Shown piece by piece: positions 1-8,957 of a stretch of 39,360 nt of DNA. The notes under the pieces are model-generated. The model ran no database searches, was not told the DNA's origin, and saw nothing but the letters and a program-made list of their open reading frames with translations. Each line of letters starts with the position of its first letter. Position 1 is the first letter of the stretch. The translations under genes and the position numbers were made by a program. The stretch lies in the NCBI GenBank assembly GCA_030824095.1, contig JAVBYK010000088.1, positions 1 to 39,360 of the forward strand, written 5' to 3'. Source of the stretch: a bacterium (GTDB taxonomy: Bacteria > Pseudomonadota > Gammaproteobacteria > Burkholderiales > Burkholderiaceae_C).

Positions 1-1
1 G

Positions 2-85
2 GTTCCGGCCGGCAAGACGCTGGACCGCAAGGGCAAGCCCCTGCTGATCAAGCTCAAGGGCAAGGTCGAGGCCTACTACCTCTAA
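2..85 (+). CDS. 3' end of a host gene (partial, product unknown)
   Basis: Open frame VPAGKTLDRKGKPLLIKLKGKVEAYYL* with host-like codon usage, ending TAA at 83-85, convergent with cysA. Confidence 0.55.
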   Translation, partial: VPAGKTLDRKGKPLLIKLKGKVEAYYL

Positions 86-101
86 ACCCCGCCGCCTGCC
101 C

Positions 102-871
102 TCAGATCGAGAGGGCCGGATCGTCCACGCCCGTGTCCACAAACACGCGGGCCTTGCGCGGAGTCAGCAACACGGTGTCGCCTTCCCGCAAGGCCAGAGC
201 CGCATATTCCTGCGCTGCAAGATGGGCTTCGATGGGGTCGCTGCTGCCCGTGGTGGATGCGTCCAGCGGTAACAGCTCCAGCCGCGCGATTGGACCCACC
301 GCAATGGCGCGCACCAGCTTGGCGGGGATGCCGCGCGGTCCACTGCCCTGGCTGTCACCAGCCACATAGCGGCGCACCTCCAGGTCATGCGGACGCACAT
401 AGGCAAAGGCTTTGGCGTCCCGTGCACCACTGTGCTCGGGGCTGTCCAGCCGCACGCCGTGCTGGTCTGCGCCGATGCGCATTTCGCCTTCATGGGCGCG
501 GCCGTGGAACAGGTTGACGTCACCCAGGAAGCCATAGACAAAGGGGCTGGCGGGGTGTTCCCACACCTGCTGGGGTGAGCCAATCTGCTCCACCTTGCCA
601 CTGTTCATCAGCACCACGCGGTCGGCCACTTCCAGCGCCTCTTCCTGGTCGTGTGTGACAAAGATGCTGGTCACATGCAGGTCGTCGTGCAGGCGGCGCA
701 GCCAGCGGCGCAACTCCTTGCGCACCTTGGCATCCAGCGCCCCAAAGGGCTCGTCCAGCAGCAGTACCTTGGGCTCCACCGCCAGGGCGCGGGCCAGGGC
801 AATGCGCTGGCGCTGGCCACCGGAGAGTTGTGCCGGGTAGCGGTCGGCCAGCCAGTCCAGTTGCACCAGGC
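102..871 (-). pseudogene. cysA: cysA 3' fragment (sulfate ABC transporter ATPase, interrupted by prophage)
   Basis: LSGGQRQR signature, VLLLDEPF Walker B, VTHD H-loop and TOBE-like C-terminus; lacks the Walker A, which is at the other end of the prophage. Confidence 0.95.
866..871. repeat. Target site duplication, left copy (CCAGGC)
   Basis: Identical to 36860-36865; removing 872..36865 restores the cysA frame ...HELLGLVQLDW... Confidence 0.93.
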
Positions 872-920
872 TGAAGGGAGGTGAGATATTTCCACGAGGG
901 CCAGTGAGATAAACGTGGGG
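872..920 (+). repeat. Left end, putative transposase-binding sites
   Basis: TGAAG-N8-GATATTT-N16-GATAAA, mirrored with identical spacing at the right end. Confidence 0.75.
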
Positions 921-1066
921 TTTTCCGGGCAGTAGTGGGTCTTGGTGGGCCGGAAATAGAAAATTACTTTCGTGCTACGAAAATAGGCGGCCGGGTCGCT
1001 TTTTGGGCCGATTATCGGGCAATGCGACGCGTAGACCAGGTACGGCGGGGCGGTTGGCGGCGGCGG

Positions 1067-1171
1067 TCACGAGATCCGTCCAAGTACGTGTACGAATTCT
1101 GCAACCCAATAGACGGCTACAGCGCCAATCACTACCGCAACTGCCAACGCTGCCTTGATGATCAGTTTCAT
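1067..1171 (-). CDS. 34-aa single-TM small protein (not in ORF track)
   Basis: MKLIIKAALAVAVVIGAVAVYWVAEFVHVLGRIS*, with a perfect GGAGGT SD 6 nt upstream. Confidence 0.65.
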   Translation of the reverse strand: MKLIIKAALAVAVVIGAVAVYWVAEFVHVLGRIS

Positions 1172-1231
1172 GGTCATACCTCCATTTCGTTCACTTTTTG
1201 CAAAACTCGCATGCCGACCGGGTTGAAGAAC

Positions 1232-1828
1232 TCAGCCTTTGCTACGCTTTACGAACCAGTCCTGCGCAATCTCTTGGATTTGCTTGCTGTCCTCGGCGCT
1301 GATACCCAGGAATGGCCGCGCCTCAATAGTTACTTGGTGCGCAGGAATGTCCACCTGGCGCTCAGCGGCCCGCTTATGTCGTCTGGCGGCGAAGATCAGG
1401 GCGCTGCCGTTCATCAATCCACTTCGCAACAGCTCACCTTTTGCATCGGTGCGGAACCGTACCTTTGCGGTCCGGGCTTTGTGCGCAATCGTCCCGCCAA
1501 ACTGGTGGATCGCTCCTTGCACGGCATTCGTCCCCACCTCCACCTCGGCCGGTCCGGTGACCTGGTATCGGATACCTGAACGCAGATAGCCACGCAACGT
1601 CAGTATCTTGTTCTGGTTGTACTTCTTTCGCTTGGCGTACGTGGGGCTCAACTTGGCCCACGGCGCGCCGTCCGGAGCCTTTTGATCTTTGAATCGGCCT
1701 TGTGTTGACTTGAGCAGATACTCACCGAGGCGAGGCATCAGATCGTCCGTGCCGGCCTTCCCCAGCCGGTTCAGCATGGCGCGCACTTCGGCCATCTCGA
1801 CGGCAACATTGAAATGGGTTCCTGTCAT
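1232..1828 (-). CDS. Phage virion morphogenesis protein (Mu gpG-like)
   Basis: RF..Q.APDG.PW..LS, VGTN..GAIHQFGG and I.ARPFLG motifs; AGGAG SD. Confidence 0.9.
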   Translation of the reverse strand: MTGTHFNVAVEMAEVRAMLNRLGKAGTDDLMPRLGEYLLKSTQGRFKDQKAPDGAPWAKLSPTYAKRKKYNQNKILTLRGYLRSGIRYQVTGPAEVEVGTNAVQGAIHQFGGTIAHKARTAKVRFRTDAKGELLRSGLMNGSALIFAARRHKRAAERQVDIPAHQVTIEARPFLGISAEDSKQIQEIAQDWFVKRSKG

Positions 1829-1905
1829 GGAATCAATCTCCTACAATGTGGGCAGTTCATCGGGTGAGACGGCCGTGCCAGGCCAGCCGACCCTGCATCC
1901 GGTCG

Positions 1906-1938
1906 AGCCAGCGAGTGGCACAGCGCTGGCTTTTTTTT
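1906..1938 (+). terminator. Rho-independent terminator, oriented antisense to the head genes
   Basis: AGCCAGCG-N10-CGCTGGCT stem followed by a T run on the + strand. Confidence 0.6.
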
Positions 1939-1943
1939 GCCTG

Positions 1944-3179
1944 TCATTTGGCTGCCCGTTGGTACAGGCGCACGCCAATGCGCCACAAGTCGGTCTCCTG
2001 TGTCGTGCCGTGAAACGTGGTCACCCCCGTCCATCCATCCGCACCAGACTCAAAAACTGCCAACGAAGGAACCTCTTCACCTTCGATCACAAACTGCGCC
2101 ACATAGCGGCGGCGCACTACCGCCTTCTGAGCTGTGTGTAGCCACTCCAGGCGTACCCAGATCTCATCGGGCTCCAGCAAGGCTTTCGCTAGCACGCCCA
2201 TGAATGGGCCACGCCCCAACTTATCAGCTTTGAGATTGCCCTTCACATCAGTGAACAGCTCCCGACCAACCACCAGCCGCTCGCCAATGACATCGCGCAC
2301 GATGGCCGGTTGATCCAACGTGGCCCCCAGAGGCTCAAGAAAAGCCTGTGCATACGCTTCGGGCGTCAATCCCTTGTCCAGCAGCGTAGAGGCCGCCAAA
2401 TGCCTCGGCGGTGGCAACGGATCGCTCGGGCGCCTGTTTGGCAAACCCTCACCCCCTGTACTCCCACGGAGCGGCGGATCGGGCCGCTCTGGCGGTATCG
2501 CACTGCGCAAGCGTGCGCTGCCTGGTGCGTATTCGAATCCAGGGTCAATGCCCTCTGGCACTCGCACCGTGCGAGGCCCCAAGGCGCTGCGCTCACCAAT
2601 GGTGCGATCAACCCACTTGATGGGCGGCGCCTGATCCGGTCCGCTCTTGCCCAGGCGTTGCAAGTCCTTTGGCCAAAGTCCGCGCATGGTGCAGTGGCAC
2701 CCCCAACCATTGGGTGGATAGTGTGTCTTTATCCAAGGGTCTCCACGCTCCAGCACCAGGCCGTCCCAGCTCGCGTGCTCGGGGCGCGGATTCGCAACCC
2801 AGTCTTGATGCTCATATTGCCAATAGGGCGCAGCCTGCAGTTGCTGGTAGCGGCCCGCTGCATAGCTGGTTGACAGATTGGTGTCATAGATCACCCGGCT
2901 GCGCCAGTCCCGGCCGCCGTTGTAGTCCCACCCATGCGTGGCCACGATCTTGTCGAAATCCTTTCTAAAGCCCTCCAGCGTGCCGCCGTCAATCGCCTTT
3001 TGCACGGCAGCGCGAAAGTCCGAAACAATCGCATCCCGATTGGCACCGGCCACGACAAACGCCCAGTCATGCTCGCGCGTGTAGATGTCGGTCCAGCCGT
3101 CCGTTGAAAGACTCAGCTTGCGCCGGAAGAATGCCGACTGCTCCGCGAAGTCCAGCGACCCATAGACAGCGTCAGCCAT
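1944..3179 (-). CDS. Mu gpF-like head morphogenesis protein with C-terminal extension (PBECR2-like nuclease fold)
   Basis: MuF motifs R..H..WDG and YPPNGWGCHC; Pro-rich linker; C-terminal domain with PDEIW, RRRYVAQF and GVTTF; start taken at MADAVYG. Confidence 0.85.
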   Translation of the reverse strand: MADAVYGSLDFAEQSAFFRRKLSLSTDGWTDIYTREHDWAFVVAGANRDAIVSDFRAAVQKAIDGGTLEGFRKDFDKIVATHGWDYNGGRDWRSRVIYDTNLSTSYAAGRYQQLQAAPYWQYEHQDWVANPRPEHASWDGLVLERGDPWIKTHYPPNGWGCHCTMRGLWPKDLQRLGKSGPDQAPPIKWVDRTIGERSALGPRTVRVPEGIDPGFEYAPGSARLRSAIPPERPDPPLRGSTGGEGLPNRRPSDPLPPPRHLAASTLLDKGLTPEAYAQAFLEPLGATLDQPAIVRDVIGERLVVGRELFTDVKGNLKADKLGRGPFMGVLAKALLEPDEIWVRLEWLHTAQKAVVRRRYVAQFVIEGEEVPSLAVFESGADGWTGVTTFHGTTQETDLWRIGVRLYQRAAK

Positions 3180-4761
3180 GCAGGCCTCCGGCTTCCTGCA
3201 GCACCTCATAGCGCCCGGACAGCTCAGCCGCCCGCAATGCCTCGGCCATTGCTGCGGCGTACTGGTCCAGCGTCATGTTGGGCAACAAGGCGTCCAACCC
3301 GTCGCGGATCTCCTCCAGAGACTTGGCCCCATTTACCAGCTCCCGCACCTGGTCAATCCATCCGGCAACGGCCGGCGCAGCGGTGCGACTCAGCTGGGGC
3401 GACATAGCCACTGGAGGCGGAAGCGCCGTGCCCGATGGCAGCACCGCCGATGCGGCGGCTGTGCCCGTTGCGCCTGCAGGTTGCGCCACCACAGCCTGCA
3501 CACCCAACACCGCCTCACCCTCTTCAGGGCGTGGAATGCCAAGCTTCTCGTGCGCCCATTGGACGGTTGGCCGCAGGCCAATGGCCACCAGCTTTGGCAA
3601 GGACTCGGCATAGGCTGTCAGGTCTTCCCGCTCCTGGGCATTGATTCGCAGCTGTGGAGCCCGGCGTATGCCATCCGGGGCCAGCCCATTCAGCGCCGCA
3701 ATCGCATAGACCAAATCCCGGCTCAACGTCGAATTGAGCTGGCGGATATCACCATCGCGCAAGTCCTTGCGCACTTCGTTGTGGACGTTGCCGAGCGCGT
3801 TGGTGCTGCTCTTGCCATCTGCGCCGCTGGTCAATGTGCCGCCGAGGATCACCTTAGACTGGTTCTTTTCGCACCAATCGATCATCAGCTCAAACGCGGC
3901 CGGGTCACCGGTCGCTGCATCATGGAACTCCAGCAGCATGCCCTCGGGCACGATGCCGGCGGCGTTGTGCCCCACACCCACCAGGGCGCGCAACAGCGTT
4001 GCCTTGTCCTTTTCGCCGGCCGACGGCGGGTATTTGCCGATGCGCAGCGGGATTCCGTAGATCTCCAGGAACTCGGCCAGGTCACCCACCGAGTAGTTCT
4101 TGAACAGATATGTCCAGACCAGTTGCCGGAACAGCGCCGAGCGCTCCAGGTAGCCGCTCTTGGCCTTGTGAACGTGCGTAATCCACCCGAACGCCTGCAA
4201 TGATTCGCCTGGAATGCCATCCACGGCCGCCCCGGTACGCAGTCGCAGCTCTTGACGGTAGCCACGGTGCAATTGAAACCAGCTCTGCGGGCGGTGTGTG
4301 ATGGTCTTTGGCAGCCACCAATTGCCAGAGCGGTGCCATTCAATTTCGCTGCAGGCAAAGCCCTTGCCGATGGCGTCCGTCACATCGAACAGCATGTCCT
4401 CAAAGTCAGCAATGTCCGTCATCATTTCGCCCAACGCCTCGGCATTGCGTTTTTCCCGCGCACTGGCATTGGTGGGCGGCACCACAGACCACTCCAGCAG
4501 ACACGCGCGGCGGCGCTTGCTCATTTCGCTGCCGATGTGGCCGTCCTTTTCTTCCATGTCTTCGAAAAGGTCTGACTGGGCCGTGATGTCACCGGTTTCC
4601 GCCTGGTCCAAAATCCTGGCCAGTTTAGAAGGGGTGAGACCGCGCGTCGGATGCGACTGCAACTCGTGCTGCAGAACGCCAAGCCGCGCCGTCTGCGGCT
4701 CCTCAAGGTCGGGCAGTGAAATCGGCTGGCCGTCAGGGCCAAGAATGCGGGAAGTAGCCAT
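3172..4761 (-). CDS. Portal protein (Mu gp29/DUF935)
   Basis: MEEKDGHI, FLEIYGIPLRIGKY, SKVILGGTLT and ALGNVHNEVR motifs. Confidence 0.93.
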   Translation of the reverse strand: MATSRILGPDGQPISLPDLEEPQTARLGVLQHELQSHPTRGLTPSKLARILDQAETGDITAQSDLFEDMEEKDGHIGSEMSKRRRACLLEWSVVPPTNASAREKRNAEALGEMMTDIADFEDMLFDVTDAIGKGFACSEIEWHRSGNWWLPKTITHRPQSWFQLHRGYRQELRLRTGAAVDGIPGESLQAFGWITHVHKAKSGYLERSALFRQLVWTYLFKNYSVGDLAEFLEIYGIPLRIGKYPPSAGEKDKATLLRALVGVGHNAAGIVPEGMLLEFHDAATGDPAAFELMIDWCEKNQSKVILGGTLTSGADGKSSTNALGNVHNEVRKDLRDGDIRQLNSTLSRDLVYAIAALNGLAPDGIRRAPQLRINAQEREDLTAYAESLPKLVAIGLRPTVQWAHEKLGIPRPEEGEAVLGVQAVVAQPAGATGTAAASAVLPSGTALPPPVAMSPQLSRTAAPAVAGWIDQVRELVNGAKSLEEIRDGLDALLPNMTLDQYAAAMAEALRAAELSGRYEVLQEAGGLHG

Positions 4762-4782
4762 GTTTCGTCCTCGTGTGCGCCT

Positions 4783-6447
4783 CTACCAGGTCGCCTGTAG
4801 TTCAGGAAAGCCCAGGTCGTCAACGTCCTGGTCGCCCTCACCAATGTTGTCGAAGCCTCGGGGCGGCATCTTTGCCTCGTCGTAGGCAATGGCCGCGCTC
4901 ATGTTCAGCGTGGCAAACCATCCAAGCACCAGCATCACGGCGCTGTCGCCGTGGCGCATCAGATCAGGGTCTTTCACGTCTTCCCGGCGCAGCTTGCTCA
5001 CCATCGCTATGCCGTCGACCTCTTCAATCGCTCGCAAATCGCCGGCTATATCTGGATCGGCTGGCAGATCAATCACACCGTCTTCGAATGCCTGGATCAG
5101 CTTGGGCATCCAGGTGCCATACCAGCCGCGATTGAGCTTGATCTGGTGCACGTGGGTGTGGCCATACCGGTCCGCCGTGTATTCGGCCGTGGTCTCGCCC
5201 GATCCGGTGGAGTCCATCGCGCCCCCGCAGCGGTTGGGCATGCGGTCAATGACGTGCCAGATGATCTGCATCTGCTGGCGGGCCGGCACCTTGTGCATCT
5301 CTATCACCAGCGGGCACTGCCGACGCATGCCCATGGCCAGCGCCATCACGCCGAACACGGAAAAGTCCCGATGCCGCGCATAGTCTTGCGAAAACACGTG
5401 GCGCAAGGTCGGGTCGAGCTGTTTGATGGCGGGGTCCACGTATCGGGCAATCCAGTCGGCCACCCACGCATCGCGCTCGGCCAGGCTCTTGTGCACAAAG
5501 TCATCATCCAGCGCCAGGCGCAGCACGCATTCGGGTTTCAGCACCATGGCCTGCTCAATCCAGATGCCAGGCAGGCACACGCCATTGCCATCGCGCGGAA
5601 TGGCGTCCAATTCCTCGCGCATGGCAGCCTTGCGCACCCCGTAGCCGTTGCGGATCTTGGCGTACCAGGCCTTCTTGCCCTCGGCCGTTGGCGGGGTGTC
5701 CTTCATGTAGCAAACCCGCTCGTACAGGCCGTTGGCCACCGCATCGTCAAACGTCACGGTCACCACTGTGGCATCGGTGCCATAGCGCCCGGCCTCGATG
5801 TCGCGGCAGAACTGCGCAAACGGATTGTTCTTGCCGTTGTGCGAGCTAATCACGGTGATCTTGCCGCCCCAGATCAACAAGGCTGTGGCAGCATCCAACA
5901 CGCCCTGCACATCCGGGTGGAACGCCGCCTCATCAATCACCACATGGCCCTGCAAGCCACGGATGTTGGCCGGGCGGCTGGATAGCGCGCAGACCTGGAA
6001 GCCACTGGCAAAGCGGATGCGGTAGGCCGTGATGTGGCGCGTGCGCCCATCCTCGGTCTGGTCCTCAAACAGGAACTCCTCCACGCCCGACGCACCCTGG
6101 CCCTGCGCCTGGGCGATCACGCGGGCGAACTTGGCGCAATAGCCAATGGCCTCCAGGCCTTTTTCCTTGGTGTCCCCGATGTAGAACACGTTGTCGCCAC
6201 CGGCTGACTTGCGAGCAGCGGCCACCAGCGTCTTGTTCAACATGGTGCCAAAGGTAATGCCGGTGCGCCGACCCTTGGGCACCGCAATGATGGAGGCCTG
6301 CAGCTCCGCTACCTGGCGCTGGTGCAGCATCAGCACGCCGTCTTGCAGCGGGTTGAAGCCATCCTGGATCGTGCGCACACTGGCGGGCAAGTCGTCCCAT
6401 TCCAGCACGCGCAGCGTGGAGGCCAGCGGTTGGACGATGGAAGCCAT
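4783..6447 (-). CDS. Terminase large subunit (Mu gp28-like)
   Basis: KGRRTGIT Walker A-like, VVIDEAAFH Walker B, ISSHNG motif III, and RHGD nuclease-end motif. Confidence 0.93.
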   Translation of the reverse strand: MASIVQPLASTLRVLEWDDLPASVRTIQDGFNPLQDGVLMLHQRQVAELQASIIAVPKGRRTGITFGTMLNKTLVAAARKSAGGDNVFYIGDTKEKGLEAIGYCAKFARVIAQAQGQGASGVEEFLFEDQTEDGRTRHITAYRIRFASGFQVCALSSRPANIRGLQGHVVIDEAAFHPDVQGVLDAATALLIWGGKITVISSHNGKNNPFAQFCRDIEAGRYGTDATVVTVTFDDAVANGLYERVCYMKDTPPTAEGKKAWYAKIRNGYGVRKAAMREELDAIPRDGNGVCLPGIWIEQAMVLKPECVLRLALDDDFVHKSLAERDAWVADWIARYVDPAIKQLDPTLRHVFSQDYARHRDFSVFGVMALAMGMRRQCPLVIEMHKVPARQQMQIIWHVIDRMPNRCGGAMDSTGSGETTAEYTADRYGHTHVHQIKLNRGWYGTWMPKLIQAFEDGVIDLPADPDIAGDLRAIEEVDGIAMVSKLRREDVKDPDLMRHGDSAVMLVLGWFATLNMSAAIAYDEAKMPPRGFDNIGEGDQDVDDLGFPELQATW

Positions 6448-7004
6448 CAGGCTTTGATCCCCAGGAACTTTTGCCGCCAGAAGTCCACCTGGGCTTCGTC
6501 CATACCCTGGGCCTTGGCCACTTCCTGCAGGTTGACTTCCTGTTCGGCCAGCAGTTTCTTGCGCGCGGCCTCTTCAATGCTGGCCTGGAACCGCTTCAGG
6601 TCAATGCTGGCACGCGCCATGGCAGCGGATTCCTTGCCCACTTTGGACAGCAACGCCACGCGCTCGGCCGGGTCGGCCTCGTCCTGGGTGTCCATCAGTG
6701 CCCGCAGACCGCGAATCATGCCAGTTTGAAGCAAAGCCAGCATGGCCTCGGTGCGCGTGTCCCGCTCATCCGCGCCGCCCTCGCTGAGCTGCATGGCGGC
6801 TTCGGTCTCGCTGCGGATCTGTGCCCGCTGGCGCTCGATGTCGCTACCCCAGCGTTGCAGTGAGCTTTTGCTGATGGCATAGCCCTTTTCCTTCAGCAGA
6901 TCGGCCAGCAGCTCATACCCGCCATAGCCCGACTCCTCCAGCGCCCGCTCAAGCCAGCGCCGCACATCCTGCGGAAGCTTTGAAACCTCTGATCTGCGCG
7001 GCAT
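6447..7004 (-). CDS. Putative terminase small subunit (Mu gp27/DUF3486)
   Basis: MPRRS.V..LP..VR.WL...L and ISKSSLQR motifs; directly upstream of terL; alternative start 7013. Confidence 0.8.
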   Translation of the reverse strand: MPRRSEVSKLPQDVRRWLERALEESGYGGYELLADLLKEKGYAISKSSLQRWGSDIERQRAQIRSETEAAMQLSEGGADERDTRTEAMLALLQTGMIRGLRALMDTQDEADPAERVALLSKVGKESAAMARASIDLKRFQASIEEAARKKLLAEQEVNLQEVAKAQGMDEAQVDFWRQKFLGIKA

Positions 7005-7005
7005 G

Positions 7006-7317
7006 TCACTCATTCCAGTAGATCGGGGGCCGCGCAATGCCAGGCTCACAATCAATCGTGTACTCGGCAATGTCCACGCCATAGCGGCTCAGGTCCGCAA
7101 ACCACATCCCGCTGGGTTGCTTCACCAGTTCCACCAGATCGCGGTCATGCAGGTAGTCCAGCTCGCGCTGAATTTCCAGGGCCGTTGCATCGGCATACAC
7201 GCCACGCATCACCTCCAGCAGCCAATGCGCGCTGCTTGTGTGCGGGCGTGCCTTGTTGAGCGTGTCGAGCAACCTCCAGCGCATTGACTCGCGGCGAATT
7301 TTTGTCATATCAACCAT
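7006..7317 (-). CDS. Mu gp26-like winged-helix protein
   Basis: RRESMRW.LL, ELDYL.DR.LV and G.D.AEY...CEPGIARP motifs; conserved position. Confidence 0.75.
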   Translation of the reverse strand: MVDMTKIRRESMRWRLLDTLNKARPHTSSAHWLLEVMRGVYADATALEIQRELDYLHDRDLVELVKQPSGMWFADLSRYGVDIAEYTIDCEPGIARPPIYWNE

Positions 7318-7723
7318 TGTTTTGAACTCCTGCTTTGAGAAAGGTCTGAATCTGTTGTTGGAGCAACTCAATGCGGCTGTACAGCGCATCCTGTTTGGCT
7401 TCCATCACCGTCTGGCCACGGATGTAGTCTTCGCGGCGCACGTAGTGCAGTGGCAATTCGGCCTTGAGCGTGAGCAGCTCCCGCTCCACACGCTGCCACT
7501 GTGCCGCGTCCAGCTTGAAGGCCGAGTCCAGCGCCGTCAGGCGCATATTGATTTGCTCGTACTGGGCCTTGCTGCTCGCATCCAGCGTTTCGAAGCGGGC
7601 CTGCAGGTCGCGCTTGATGGAGCGTTCAAACAGAACGGCAATGAATTTGATCAGCGTCGCAATGCAAGTCAGGATTGCAATGGCGATGGCGATCAGGTTG
7701 GTAATGTTCAGTTCAATACTCAT
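7310..7723 (-). CDS. Membrane-anchored coiled-coil protein (position of Mu gp25)
   Basis: N-terminal TM helix and LPLHYVRREDY motif; lies between spanins and gp26. Confidence 0.65.
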   Translation of the reverse strand: MSIELNITNLIAIAIAILTCIATLIKFIAVLFERSIKRDLQARFETLDASSKAQYEQINMRLTALDSAFKLDAAQWQRVERELLTLKAELPLHYVRREDYIRGQTVMEAKQDALYSRIELLQQQIQTFLKAGVQNNG

Positions 7724-8295
7724 GGGGTGCGATCACCAATGGCGGGTGAAGTTGGAGCGGGCGGATTCGGGTGCCAGTCAATCAAGGCGTCAAGCCGACC
7801 TCGGCAGACTTCGTACTGTGCTCCGGCGTCGATGGACCACCCGGTGATGTCGGCATCCGTGGCGATGAGGCCTTGGTCGTCGGGATGGGTGGCAGCGGCT
7901 GCACCCGTTGCAACAGGGCCGCTGGGGGCCGAGGGCATGCCTGCGACGCGGAGCCCTGCGGCGCTGTTGAGCAGGCGCAGAGCAGGCCCGTCAAGGCAAA
8001 GGCGGCCAGTGGTAGCTTGGGCAATGGCATCGTGTTTCTCCCGGGAAAGTTTCTTGATTTGGTCCTCGCGCTTCAGCAGCGTCTGGGTCAGTTCGTCGCC
8101 GCGTGCATTGGCAATCTGCAGGCGGGTGATGGTGTCCTCGCTGGCGCGCAGTAGTTGGCGGGTGCGGTCCCGATCGGCTTCGGCCAGCTTGACCAGGAGC
8201 GGCGCTTGCGCCGTGTGCCAGACCGCGCTGCCGGCCGCAGCAAGCGCCACGCCGACCAGGACCAGCTTGGGAAGGGTCAGGATGGAGCTGCTCAT
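7720..8295 (-). CDS. i-spanin (Rz-like)
   Basis: N-terminal TM, coiled coil and C-terminal C...LDALIDW; ATGA overlap with the endolysin. Confidence 0.75.
   Translation of the reverse strand: MSSSILTLPKLVLVGVALAAAGSAVWHTAQAPLLVKLAEADRDRTRQLLRASEDTITRLQIANARGDELTQTLLKREDQIKKLSREKHDAIAQATTGRLCLDGPALRLLNSAAGLRVAGMPSAPSGPVATGAAAATHPDDQGLIATDADITGWSIDAGAQYEVCRGRLDALIDWHPNPPAPTSPAIGDRTP
7782..8030 (-). CDS. o-spanin lipoprotein (Rz1-like), embedded in the i-spanin gene in another frame
   Basis: Signal peptide with lipobox LCAC, then Pro-rich CPRPPAALLQ. Confidence 0.75.
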   Translation of the reverse strand: MPLPKLPLAAFALTGLLCACSTAPQGSASQACPRPPAALLQRVQPLPPIPTTKASSPRMPTSPGGPSTPEHSTKSAEVGLTP

Positions 8296-8957
8296 ATGCC
8301 TGGCCCCCAATGGGCATACAACGGCTGCAGGATCTGCAGGATGCGTTGTGGGTAGGCCCTGTTCTCGCGCCAATTTGCAGCACCGCGACCTGCGTTGACG
8401 CGCTCAACCGAGCCAAACCAAACCAGCGGATCAAGCCCCTTACTTGACGCCAGCAATTTGTCGCGGTTAACCCATCCCAGGCCACCGTTGTAGGCGGATA
8501 GCGCAAAGGCCATGCGGTTGCGTGCATCGGTAGACCGAACCCGGTCATACAGCCACTTGTCATAGCCAACCAGAGCCTGCAGCGCCCAGACCGGATTGCG
8601 CGGCTGGCATTGGTCGGGCGGCATGTCGTTGATCTGGCACCACCAGGTGGCTGTGCCGGGCATGAATTGCCCCATGCCCACAGCACCCACCTTGCTGACG
8701 GCTGATGGGTTCCAGCCGCTCTCCTGGTGCACCTGGGCGGCCAGGGCTGCGATGGGGGCGTCCAGGCCCCAATGCGCATGCGCGGCGCGCACCAGGTCGG
8801 CGCGGTAGCGGACGGCCGCACTGGGCACCTGCTGGGCGTAGGTAGACATGGCCCCGCTGAATGCCGCCACCATGGTGGCAACCTGCAGGACGCGCAACAG
8901 CAGCAGGACCAACCAGGCACCCGAAGCCATGAACTTGTCGATGGCGGGCTGCATCAT
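8292..8957 (-). CDS. Endolysin, SLT lytic transglycosylase with hydrophobic N-terminus
   Basis: HQESGW, GMGQFMP.T, AYNGG.G and ENRAYP motifs. Confidence 0.9.
   Translation of the reverse strand: MMQPAIDKFMASGAWLVLLLLRVLQVATMVAAFSGAMSTYAQQVPSAAVRYRADLVRAAHAHWGLDAPIAALAAQVHQESGWNPSAVSKVGAVGMGQFMPGTATWWCQINDMPPDQCQPRNPVWALQALVGYDKWLYDRVRSTDARNRMAFALSAYNGGLGWVNRDKLLASSKGLDPLVWFGSVERVNAGRGAANWRENRAYPQRILQILQPLYAHWGPGI

Noticed and set aside
864-871. 8-bp direct repeat CACCAGGC at both junctions read as an integrase att core
   Set aside because: No tyrosine or serine integrase is present. The extra CA at the right junction is the phage's terminal CA, so TG...CA ends with a 6-bp TSD fit better.
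935-1579. 214-aa + strand ORF at the left end
   Set aside because: It overlaps the gpG-like gene and the small SD-led ORF on the opposite strand, and has no recognisable motifs; treated as a shadow ORF.
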